From contig OZ176055.1 of the NCBI GenBank assembly GCA_964247055.1, positions 5,208,001 to 5,272,000 of the forward strand: a stretch of DNA of 64,000 nt, read 5' to 3'. Position numbers and translations under genes: made by a program. The DNA is from Paragordius varius (lineage: Eukaryota > Animalia > Nematomorpha). The notes beneath the pieces are model-generated. The model was given only the letters and a program-made list of their open reading frames with translations. It was not told the DNA's origin and did no database searches. This document shows positions 1-12,100 of the stretch, in pieces (position 1 is the stretch's first letter; each line of letters opens with the position of its first letter).

Positions 1-300
1 TTGCCATGGTTTTTAACCCTATCATATTTTTTAAAGAATATAATTTTAAAAAGGCCTGGGGTAACTACCCCAATTTGAATCGACGGACTAAAATGAATTG
101 TTGTATCCAAGTGTTTAAATAAGTAATATCAAGTATTTTTGAATGATTTTTATATATATTCCGGTTTATCAATATAGGTGCAAAATTATGTCATGGTTTT
201 GATTCCTTCCATATTTTTTAAAAAATTTAATTTTAAACAGACCTGGGCTATCCAACTAACTCAATTTGAATCGAAGGACTGAAATGAATGTGTTGTATTT
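1..300. mobile_element. Two consecutive right-end fragments of the TTAA-flanked piggyBac-like MITE
   Basis: 1-118 and 119-300 each match the right end of the elements at 2720-3268 and 53624-54179 (…ccaatttgaatcga…aaatgaatgtgttgtatccaagtg). The first copy ends in ATCCAAGTG followed by TTTAA. Confidence 0.75.
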
Positions 301-308
301 AAAAATTA

Positions 309-501
309 AGGGGCTACAACCGGAACCAGGTTGGTTCTTAAAAATTTATAGACCAAACCGGGGTGGTTACTGAAATGTTGGAATCGGTACCGGGGTGGTT
401 CTCAGGCAAATGGACCCGGAACCGCGTTGATTTTATCTCAATGGAACCGGTTCTTTTTAGAATCACAGGAACCGGGTTCCAGTTTCCGGTTCCAAGCCCT
501 G
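309..501. mobile_element. hAT-like MITE
   Basis: Imperfect terminal inverted repeats agggctacaaccggaacc / ggttccaagccctg, with multiple internal GGAACC/GGTTCC motifs. No clear TSD. Confidence 0.55.
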
Positions 502-1123
502 GTAAATATATATTATGGGAATCTTATATGTGAGGTATACAAGTAGGTCTTTCGAATTCAAAATAAAAATATTTCTAATCATCTTAGAGGCACTTGTTTT
601 TTAAATGCTCGGTTTAGGATTGTATGTAAATCTAAGAGTTGTTCGAAAATGGAATATTTTTCACGAATGCTCCGAATATTCACAATAAATTTTCTAATCA
701 ACCCTTAGTAAAGCCATCTAAAAAATAGGATTTTCAGATTATTTCAATTATTTCACTATTGCTCTTGGATATCTGAGTCATTTTTCTGTAGTGATCCCTC
801 ATTTCAGATTCGTTAAAAGTAATAGTTTAGAGAACTCAAAATTTATAAATGGTTACGCCAAAGGGACTAAGCTTGAATAAAATTGGAGTTTTATAATTGG
901 TAGCATATTATTCTTTTTTAGTCATCCGATTTAAACGGGAATCTGATCTTGTAACTATTTTTTATCTATTCTTTAAATCTGGATTATAGTATATTTAATA
1001 TATTCAAATGCGCCTAAATCCCATAAATTCCATAAAAGTCAAGAGTTAGATAAATTATTTGTGTAAGTGAAAAATTCACATTCTTATATCGTTCAGTTTG
1101 TATTCAGCTGTTTCCTATAAGCG

Positions 1124-1553
1124 ATGCAAATTTTTGTAAAGACTTTAACGGGAAAAACGATAACTTTGGAAGTAGAGGCATCGGATACCATTGAAAATAT
1201 TAAAGCGAAAATTCAAGATAAAGAAGGTTGTATTTATTTTATTTTAGGCATACCACCGGACCAACAACGTTTGATTTTTGCTGGAAAGCAGCTTGAAGAT
1301 GGACGAACGCTTTCTGATTATAATATTCAAAAAGGTTTGTCTTATTTTACTTTCAGAGTCCACTTTACATTTGGTTTTACGCTTACGGGGAGGTATTATA
1401 GAGCCGAGTTTAAGAGCTCTAGCACAGAAATATAATTGTGAAAAGAAAATATGCCGTAAATGTTATGCAAGAAATGCGGTTCGGGCTTCGAATTGCAGAA
1501 AACGAAAATGCGGACATAGCAGTTATTTGCGACCAAAAAAGAAACATAAATAG
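1124..1553 (+). CDS. UBA52: Ubiquitin-60S ribosomal protein eL40 fusion
   Basis: Exons 1124-1226, 1248-1334, 1357-1553 give 128 aa: [11 protein letters not shown]…LRLRGG followed by IIEPSL…CRKCYAR…CGH…RPKKKHK. The two GT-AG introns are 21 and 22 nt. Confidence 0.97.
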
Positions 1554-2478
1554 TTATTTATTAATTTTTCGTTGAAATAAATTCATATCCTAGATATTGT
1601 ATATTCATCAATAAATACGTAAACTTTTGCTAAAACTGTACAAGTTAAATTTTAAGACTTTTATTTCCTTTGTGCATCAGATAAAAAAGATGTTTATTAC
1701 AGTTAAACTCCCGAATTCGGATAGCTCTAAAACATGCTTGTTAGACAACTTAATTTTAAAACCAATAAATATTGATTGCCGGTAAAAAATTTGCAAACTT
1801 TCTAATATTTACATTTTTAACCATAATATACATAATTATCTTTGATGTATTAGCAATTTTTAAAATAATTGGCGATGTTTTTGTGATTTTTTTTACAAAT
1901 CTATTTTTTATGAATCGAGCCTAAAACGCTAAAGTAAAATTAAGTTTCCAATAATTTTTGAATATTCAAATTATAAATAGTTTTGTGGTATAAAACCCTA
2001 AAACTGTTTAAAAATATAATATATTTACGATATTGATGACATTAAAATTTATTTTGGCAAAATTCCAACCAAAACGGTTTTTATTTTGAGTGCATAGATC
2101 ATTTTATCATGCTACTTAATTTGTGATAACGTGTTTAATATCTTTTAGATATGCCAACAATGATCTTTGCCTAGGTAGGTATCCAGAAAACGTGACAGGC
2201 ATGCCTCTCGTCCTTGTCCACAGCACGATTCCTACTTAAGTTTCATCTAAAGCAGGGCTTCTTAAACTTTTGTAGTTCTCGACCCCATTTATGATTGCGA
2301 TTTTTTTAACGACCCCAACAATATAAAAGAAAAATAATAGTTTGTTCGAAATAACACTTGAAAATTTTGTTGTATTTATCAGGATTATTTCAGTTTTAAG
2401 AGATCGACAAAAATAAATCCACATTTTTTTATAAATTTCTATGACATTTTCTGATTCATAGTAAATTTATACAATATA

Positions 2479-4220
2479 CTAGCTGGCCCTGTCACGCTTC
2501 GCTGTGACGTAGTCTCACCGATAATTATTTTAATAATTTGCAATAAATTGAGTTAATGGAGATAAAAAAATAATAAAAAGCATATTTAATAAAAAGAATG
2601 TCTTTAGTTATTCTTTTACAGGTTTTTGCACAGGCTCAAATATTGTTTACTCCCTTATTAAAGTTAATATTCGAATATTATTGGATTTATTTTAGGATTT
2701 TTAACAAAATCATGTTTAACACTTCGATTCAAATTGGGGTATCTAAATACCACAGACTAAATTTGAGTTAGGATTTTTATTAAACTACTGAAGGAAACGG
2801 TCCGAATTTAAATTTATACTTCTCTAATTAAAATTATATAAATATGCCAAAATATCTAAATAAAATTTTGTGAAAAAAAAGTTCCATGTCAAACTTCTTC
2901 GACGCCATTTTTATTTTACAAAATTTTTGCAGAATATCTTCTTCATTTAATTTTAAGGGTAATTTTTTATTTATATTACATCTAACATTGATAGAAATAG
3001 AAAAATGGGTTTATTTTGTATTATTTTTTAATTTTACCATTTCACACATGTCACGCTGGCTAAATTTTTACCTTTCGGTTTTAGCTTAAAATAAGTTATA
3101 TCAAGTATTTTTGAATAAAATTTTATAATATATCGGTTTATTAATATAATATAAGTGCTAATTTTTGCCATGGTTTCGATTCCTTCCATATTTTTTAATT
3201 TTAAACAGGCCTATTTAACCATTCCAGTTTGAATCAAAGGACTAAAATGAATGTGTTGTATCCAAGGGTTTAAAGTTCTTTTTTGGAATTGTTTTCACAC
3301 AGCTGAGATCAAGGGATATAAAAAGTAAATCATTTGTGGTCCCTTTTAAAGGAACGAATGATATTATACAAATTCCCCGTAAATGTTTTTAACTGAACTC
3401 GTATGGCTTCTTAAGTTTTTTGAAAATCACCTCCAAAACTACGCCATTTTTGTATGGCATCTCAATTAAACTAGACCCCTACCCATAGACCTATTTGGAA
3501 AAATCGCTGAGTTACTTTCTTTACCTTTATAAGGCAAATATTTGGAATCATCTTTGACACCATCGTCTCATGCATTATTCGAAAAAATCCTCAACACTAC
3601 ATATTCGTTATATGATGGCGTATTTTTACGGCATAGAGGCCCCAAATTAACGGCTAATAAAAAAAGCCCGACTATTTCAAGCTTTTAATGAGCACATATG
3701 GCTTCATAAATTTTCCGTAAATTAGCTCCAAACAACGCAATTTCTATATAGTGGCGCTGTTTTAGCGGCTATCGTTTACCCAGCAGCCAATATTAATAAA
3801 ACGCAAGGCTAAAATTTTAGCCTTTTAACAGGGAATACCTGGAATCCTCATTGAGTTTTAACGGTCTCATACCCTGGGCAAAAATTATTTTTTTATGAAA
3901 AAATGGCCTTTTACGGGGGGAGCGGGTAAAAAGAGAGCCTAAATTAAAAAAAGTAAGCCGACTATTTTCGGCGCAATCGAAATTAAAAAAACTGTATTTG
4001 AAATTGAATGGTCCTACGCGTTTTCCTGAAAATTGTTTCAAAGGCACGATTTTTAAACAAAACCGTTTTACACGGGGAGCCTAATTCAAAAAAAGGGCGA
4101 AGCTATTGTCGGGGCATTCATTAATGATTAAATTTTATGACATTTGGATTTGAATATGTCTACCGGTTATCCGGAAACACATCACAAAGCCAGCATTTTC
4201 TATTTTTATAAATATATGGA
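2479..4220 (-). mobile_element. Non-autonomous Helitron nested in the hAT element
   Basis: On the minus strand it starts TC(CATATATTTATAAAAA) and ends with hairpin GTCACAGCGAAGCGTGAC, a short spacer, CTAG and then T. Region ~3740-4220 matches the Helitrons at 34884-35956 and 49375-49962. Confidence 0.75.
2720..3268. mobile_element. piggyBac-like MITE nested in the Helitron
   Basis: TTAA|CACTTCGAT…ATCCAAGGG followed by TTTAA. Collinear with 53624-54179. Confidence 0.8.
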
Positions 4221-6132
4221 ATATGCTGGTATAAACAGTCTTTCCGAACCAGAAGATTTTATGATATATTTATTTACGATGATTGTTATTTTTATTTGTA
4301 TTAAAATTTTACAAGTAAAAAACATTTTTTGTTAAATTGTATTTTTAACACTCGCGACCTCATAATGTTGCTACGCGACCCCAAATGTGGTTGCGACCCA
4401 TTTAAGAAGCCCTGATCTAAAGCCCATACAACTTTAAAATGAAGAATTAAAAATGTCTACATTGGGACAAATTTTAAAAAATATACATATCTTTTGACCC
4501 TTAAAAGAAAATTATAAAAATCTTTATTTATTTCGCCGCCAGAATTTGCGGATTTATTAGTTCACACTTCATTATTTTTTGTGTATATTTCGTATTTCTG
4601 AGCGATTTTAAAATCGAATATTTTAACAATTGATTAATATATAGTGTCTTGGTTTTGGTTAATTAAAAAATACATCATCTCAAACCTTTTCGCCGCTATT
4701 TCATTATTTTAAGTTCGAAATTCATGCAAATACATATGCTTAAAGATGTAAATAAAGCTTTTATTTTAAGCAGCAAATTTATGATATTTGATCTTTTTTC
4801 ATAAAGGGAGCTATAACAATTTTACTTTAGTTAGAGAACTGTATAAATATCTTTTTAATAATACACAAAATATTGGATAATTTATTTAAACCAAAATGTA
4901 AGCGTAACAAAAAAATGAAAAGTTAGTGAAGGAGAGTATTACAACCTAGCGGTCTAATTATTAGGTACAAAGAAAACAAATATTTAATTTTAATATATAA
5001 TAAATATTATATATTAGCAAAATAATTTATATTAATTAACAAAAAATTTATATTTGATGAACTTTGGCAATTTTTTAATTGGTTTAGTTCTTAAAAAACC
5101 AAATAATTAAGTTTTCACCTAGATCTCATTATTTTATTTAAAAATTGACTAAGAAACTTAAAGGTACCGCTGTTTTAACATATCGTTTGCACAAACTAGT
5201 AAAAATACATAGAAAATGGGTAATGAATAAGAATACATAAAAACGGAAAAAATCATAAATTTGAATGATAAAGATCTTTGTACAATTAATAACTTCAGAT
5301 ACTAGTTGAAAATATATATCAGCCTATACAAATTCATATAATCCTATTTTTTAACTGAATCAAAAATATTGAGTCACGCTTCATAGAATATCATCAATTT
5401 GATATATTTCCAAATTTGCCAAGTTATTTAAAATTCATACAAAAAAAAAGTTTTTTTCCAAACAATGTAAAAATATAAAATTCAATTAGCATACATTATT
5501 CACAAGCATAAAGGGCAAAAAAAATTTTCTTGTTTCAAGGGCCATAAGACAGATAAAATTTAGTGCTGCTTGACACATTTGCAGATACTTATATTAAAAA
5601 TAAGTAACTAAGGGCCTAAATAAGCACTTTTAGGGCCGCATGCGGCCAGTGGGTCGAGTTGAATATATTACGATAAATCAATAAAATGCGAATGAAATAC
5701 CTTAACATGTTTAAAACAAGACTGTATATTCAAAGTTTACAACTACAACCTATAGAAAAACTGTTATAACTCACAATTGGATTTTTCGGTATTTATTATT
5801 TTTATTGATTCTGGCGCACAGTAATTAATAACTACAATAATTTTATACCAACGATGAAAAAACATTTAAACCAATAACAAAGTTTATTAGTCAATGATTA
5901 TACCTTAAAAAAATTAAATAAAGAGAATTGTAAGGCTGTACCGAGCTTAGATTTCAATTAATCTAAATCGAAAACTACAATCTTATGCAACCATTTTATT
6001 GCATCACTAATTATAGTCGCAAATTCAACGGTCATGAGAAGCAATCAATATAAAATTTATTTATTAGAATATCAGGTGATATATTCAAGTGTAATAGTCA
6101 GTAACTATAAATAATTCAACAGTTTGTTTTGC

Positions 6133-9100
6133 TTAAATGAATGCATTCGAGGGCAAAAGACCTTCAGCTCTATACTTATTGAAAGTGGCAAGGGCGCCTT
6201 CATAATTCCAAGCATTATCTATCAAACATTTTTTGGCCCAATTTGGTTTCATGCCAGTAACACTGCTTAATGTGTTGACCAGTTGATCGTGTGGATCTTG
6301 GGAGCAATTTGAATTATTAGTGATAGGTAATTCAGCTTTTATGCTATTAGAGGAGGTATCTTTTTTTACCGTATTAAAACCCTATTAAAAACGAAATATA
6401 TTATAATAATAACTATGAATAATTTGGATTTACAAAAATCCATAAGTAAATATTTGTATATTGATGAAAAAAAATAACAGTGTATGAATAAACTTATATA
6501 CTCATTAATAATGGATATAATTAATTTTTTACGCCAAATTAAATGTAGCAGAAATAAAAATTTATTTACCTTCACCATGGATAACGTTGGTGCCATTATG
6601 TGCCACATGTCATTTATGATTTTAATTCTATGCAATTTAAAAAACATTATAATCATCAGAAAATATAATTATAAAACAATAATATCATTGAAAAATGAAT
6701 AAAAATTGATAATAAATATATGCTTATTTAAAATGATTTTGCATGATATACCATTTGCACTTCAAGAGTGTCCTTGAACAGTTCAAGTTGGTCCTTAAAC
6801 AGTTCAAGTTGGTCCTTAAACAGCTCAAGTTGGTCCTTGAACACTTCAAATTGGTCCTTTGACTTTTTTTGTTTTGTTTTTAACTTTTATCAATCAAATC
6901 GTAAATAATTCATCTATTTTATTGTTTTTAACCTATTTTCTATTTTTTAACATAAATTTTAAATCGAACTTTTAATCTTTGAGAAACCGTATATTAATTT
7001 CTTAAAATAATTTTGGATATTTATAAGATTTGAACACGAAATGAAAGATAATATAAGTTTTCCGGGTTATTAATTAAAATTTTTCATTAAATACATTTAA
7101 AAGTCAATAATTTTGTTCAATTGAAAAAAAAATAGTTTGAAACAAAAAAGTGGTTTTTCAATAAAAAAATTTATTTTTAAAAAATGAATAAATATATAAT
7201 AAAAAAAGAAAATTATGTTAATAAATAATAAAATTAAAAAATAAATGCAAAATTATGGTTAAATCCAAATTTATAAATTTTAAGGACCAACTTGAAGTGT
7301 TCAAGGACCAACTTGAAATGTTCAAGGACCAACTTGAAATGTTCAAGGACCAACTTGAAGTGTTCAAGAACACTCTTGAAGTGCAAATGGTATATATAGG
7401 GTATATTAAAGGGTTATTTTAGATATAATTTTTAACTAAAGCACATATTTTGTAAAATGGCCGCTAAAAATATTTAATATTCATCAAAATACGCATAATC
7501 CCAAGATTTAAATAGTGTAAAGTTTAATGGGTTTTTGGGGGGTAAAACAAAATTCCCTTTCTATAATTATGTTTAAAGTTTCTATTTGTTTGAATAAACA
7601 GAGAGGCCAACACTAATAGTGACTGACAAGATGCGCGTCTTGATATGGTTATTTATATAACCTGTGTCACATATTTTATGTGGAAAAAATGACCATATAT
7701 ATATATATATATATATAAGAAAGAAATATTGCCTGATTTCCAAAGTTTAAGTTGCAAAATTTAGTTGAAATTCTTATAAAATGACGTAACTTAAAGGTTA
7801 ATTTCTTTTCCAGTGTAAAAAATTAGATTGCAATTTAGAATCAAAAAGAGATGCAAGAAAATCAGGAGCTGGGGTACAGTACACTGAAACAATATATTTA
7901 GGTGGATCACTATATTTTAATCTAAAATGTGCGAAATCCAAACATCAATCATTATAAATTAGAGTCAGTTAAACGTTAGTAAAAATTGCTGCAAACAATT
8001 ACATACCAAAACTTTTATATCACTTAAAGCTTTACCAAACATGTAAATACTATATTTTAGCACTCCTTCAAATACTTATACATTAATGCCGCAAACATCT
8101 TTGAAAACTTTCTTGGGGCTATTATCCACCCCTTTTTAAAACTGTATTTAGATATCGGTAAACGATTCTTTATAAAAAAACTTGACGTAATACGACATAT
8201 AAATTTGATTAAAAAAATTTGTCTTAAATGTTGTTTTAAAGGCTTAAAAAATGAATCATATCCAAATGATATTTCTTTAAGAATTAAAAAATTATTATAC
8301 TAAATCTCCTATATCGTTAAAAATAAAATAAAATTAGGCATGTTAACAGGAAGTTATAGAGTTATTAATAATAAAACACAAAATGGTTTTTGGCTATCAT
8401 AACCAGATATTCCTTTTTTATTTCTTAAGATATAATAGGTATAGATTTGGTCCGTAATTTGTTTGGAAAATTGGAAAGTGCATTAAAATTTGGCCAATTA
8501 ACAAAGGAATTAATGGGGAATGACTTTTCTCTCCCAGACCTACTCATAAATATAGGGGACCTTTATTAATATAAAAAATACTGGAAGAGCTGGCAACTGC
8601 GTCAGCTGACTTGATGGTATAAATCAATAAAAGGCACGGTAATCAAAATAAGCTATAAAATTTAATATCACTAGGAATTACCACCTAACCAAATCAAAAA
8701 ACTTATTCTCAAATTTTGCATTCAAAAAAAGGGTCATTGAAACGGATACAAAATCAACCGTAGTTTAATTAGCGTAGTATTGATATATTATAATCCTTTG
8801 ACAAATGAAAAATGCGGAATCAAATTTGATAAAATTAGCATAATTATTATAATTTAGCTTCCATAGAATTAGGGTTTGATGCACAGTAATGTTTTAAGGA
8901 GTGTTTCTATGCGATTCAAATTTTAGATTTAACCAAGCAATTTAAGCATCAATCAATGAATACCCAAAGATGTATTATATAAATAAATTTAAACTATTCT
9001 GTCCAAATAAAAATTCTTGTAATACCGTAAAATGTATTTATGCACAATTTCAAAATAAGGAAGTTTGGTAATATAATAAATTACCCCTGACCAAACGGAA

Positions 9101-12100
9101 TGGCAAACATGATGCGAGAAAAATATCGTATTAACCCTCCAGTATTTCCTGAAGTCGGGTTATTCTCTTGAAATAATCCCGTCACTGAAAACACCAAGAG
9201 TGTAATCTAAAATATTTTATTATATATATAAGAACTATGAATGTTAAAAAGAAGATATTGCAATCGAAATATGAAACAAAATATAAAACCGTAAAGAATA
9301 TAACATCCACGGTAAAACTGGAAAAATCGTGTTGCGTAGGTGGTAATAAATTCAAAACTGAAACAATCTTGTGACTACCCTGATGTATTAGGCTAAGACG
9401 CTTTTCTAAACCACAATTAATAGAAATTATAAAAAAATTAAGTTTTAAAACTTAACATCATTTACAGCAAATTAGATTAATTACAATAATTGTAAAACTT
9501 ATGATATCATAAAATAAAAATTGCATGTAAATGCTTAAATAAAATTTAAATTTTAATCGGTTACAGAATAGAAAACAAAATATTCAAATATGTTAGATGC
9601 TTTTAAATCGCGTAAAAATAGTATGAGGGCAATACTCTAGATAATAATATATTTTTCTTTATTTAAGCTTATGTTAAGTTTTTCTTAAAAATAAGTTTTA
9701 AACAAAATATAAACTTATATATAGTTTAATACAAAATAAAGTATTTTTCCAGACATATATGATAAAATGATGCAATGAGTTTATTTCATAAGTAAAAAAA
9801 GTTGGATATTTAGAAAATCAAATGTATTAAACAAATGCCATTAATTATGCACCTTAATCATTTAAGGTATAAAGAACTCGCAATAATAAGTTTCTAAAAT
9901 AGGACTTTAACTTCAAACAAGTATCGACAATTCAATAATAAAAGCGAGCGTTAATGCATCAACATTAGGTAAACTTTTTATAGAAAAACATCTTTGATAT
10001 TTCATTTTATAATTTATATATATAAACCATTAGCCACCTAAAACAAATATACCTGGATCTCTAATCCTTTCCAAATTGTGACTTTGTGAAATATACGGTT
10101 TCAAGTCTAAATTTTTTCTAAATTTATAATAAAACAGTATTTTTAAATATTTTATTTAAAAATTCAATTAATAAATATTAGTATTACTTGCTTAGAAATG
10201 CTGTGGGTGACGATCCAGTAGATATACTTAAATATGCCTATATATGAAAAATACAGATTATTATATAAAAATTATTTTGATTATTAATATATGGAAATTT
10301 ATTGAATTTTAAAGGAGGAACAATATTATAATAAATCACAAAATTAAGAAAAAATTATTATATCAAGGTCAAAACTAATTTTAAACTGAAGTTACAATCA
10401 ATTGAACAATTTAAGATTCAAATGGTAGTACTACACTCACATTGTCCTCGTAAGCAGATGCAAGTTGTAAACGATGATCCGAATTATCGTATAATAAATA
10501 GTATCTAATAAATATAAAAAAATACAGTATATTAATTGTTTTTATCAAACATCGTGTGAAAAAGTACCTATCATAAAAGAACTGAATGAAAATATAAAAA
10601 AAATTCGTCGATTTACTTTTGCGAAAAATTGATAAGTGTCAGCCCAGCAAGCGATAATATTAAGCTTTGAATTGGTCAATAAAGTTGACCTTAAATAAAG
10701 GAAACAGTTAAATATGCTATTAGTTGAAGGTTAAATAGTATGTGTGATAATAGTTCCTATTAAAACATAAAAATATAACAGACAAAATTCAGTTATTGCA
10801 TACATTTTAATAAATTGTTTTAAGTAGATGTTTTAGTGATAAAAACTAACGCGCTTTTTAAAATTAAATTACCATATCTTTGATTTAATCATATTTTTGG
10901 ATATTTTTAAATAAATTAATACTATATGAAATGACGTTTTAAAATACTCATTAATTTACATTTTTCGTTAATTTTGGCTATCGAATAATATATTTCATTT
11001 TTATTTACCACTTTTAACGTATATTATATAAGCTACTAAAAATAAAACGCTTTGTTACATATATTATGTAAAAAACGGAATAAATTAACTTTTATATAAC
11101 AAAAAAATGTGTAAAAAATAAATGTAAAAAATAATTACTGTTGAAGAAAGGTTTCTATCACTTTTTGCAACTCAGCATTGGCGAAAAAAGATGGCTAAAT
11201 CATTAATTTATATTTTAAAAAAATTTGGTCATATTTAAGCACCTTACTATAAATAAAAAATATAAAAAATGGATATATGATCGTTATCACATTTTTGATA
11301 GTTTAAATTATTAAATAATAATTTATTTATTGAATTGTGTTAGAGAAAATTTATACAATTTCAAAGATAAAGAATAATCATTAACACTATCTTTGGTTAT
11401 TTTTTATATGAAAAAAAAAAACTTTAATGTTAACTATATATGTTTTTAGAAAGTATTGACCTGAGTAGGCGGTAGCTCAATCTGTTGACCAAGGTCAGCT
11501 TTTATTAACAAAGGTAATTCTTGTCCATCCTAATAATTATAAAAAAAATTGTCATAATTATTGAAAATTAATGAAAGCTTTAGGTATTATTCCCAAAAAT
11601 GTCATTCCAAAATATTTTAATAAAAATTATCACCACTTCAGATATTTATGTGACAAAGGATAAATCATGTTATTGATGAATTATATTTACTATAATTTAT
11701 GTAAACTAACAAATGTTTTTAAACTAAAAGAAGAATTAGAGTACATATTAAAACAAAACATAATTCATGTTTAATGTTATCAAAATAAAACATACCAATG
11801 TTTCAAGATTTGGAAAGATTTTTCTGATTGCGCTAAACATGCAATGTTTGACAAGGAGTAAATGTTTATTAAATATCCAGCAAACAGTTAATTCAGCGCA
11901 ACAAATCATGAGAGATATTTGTACGTTTTAAAAAATAATAGAGTGAGGTAATATTTTGGAAAGGTTAATATCAATTTTAAAAAATAGCCACTCTTTAATA
12001 AAGTTTGAATTAGAAATTTCTTAAAAAAACTAAAAAATAATTAAAGATATTGTTATAAATTTAACAGATTTTAAATATATTATCCAAACTTCACACCCGA

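Larger units (their letters stand above)
2253..4414. mobile_element. Non-autonomous hAT element (Buster/Charlie-like) carrying nested insertions
   Basis: TIRs CAGGGCTTCTTAAA / TTTAAGAAGCCCTG with an exact 8-bp TSD ATCTAAAG (2245-2252, 4415-4422) fitting nnnTAnnn. About 420 bp remain once the nested Helitron is removed. Confidence 0.9.

Noticed and set aside
1124-1435. 103-aa ORF read as an aberrant ubiquitin
   Set aside because: An artefact of reading through two tiny introns; splicing gives a normal 128-aa UBA52.
3817-4335. ORFs at 3817-4047 and 4144-4335, and similar ones at 35062-35960 and 49254-49616
   Set aside because: They lie wholly or largely in repeated non-autonomous Helitron copies and are not frame-conserved between copies.
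4531-4700. Recurrent TTTCGCCGC motif (also reverse-complemented at ~63820) as a promoter element
   Set aside because: Too few instances and no linked transcription start can be shown.
6781-6860. Tandem 21-bp repeats resembling a CRISPR array (also 7290-7370, 41355-41430, 56610-56650)
   Set aside because: There are no unique spacers, no cas genes and the context is eukaryotic; these are MITE subterminal repeats.
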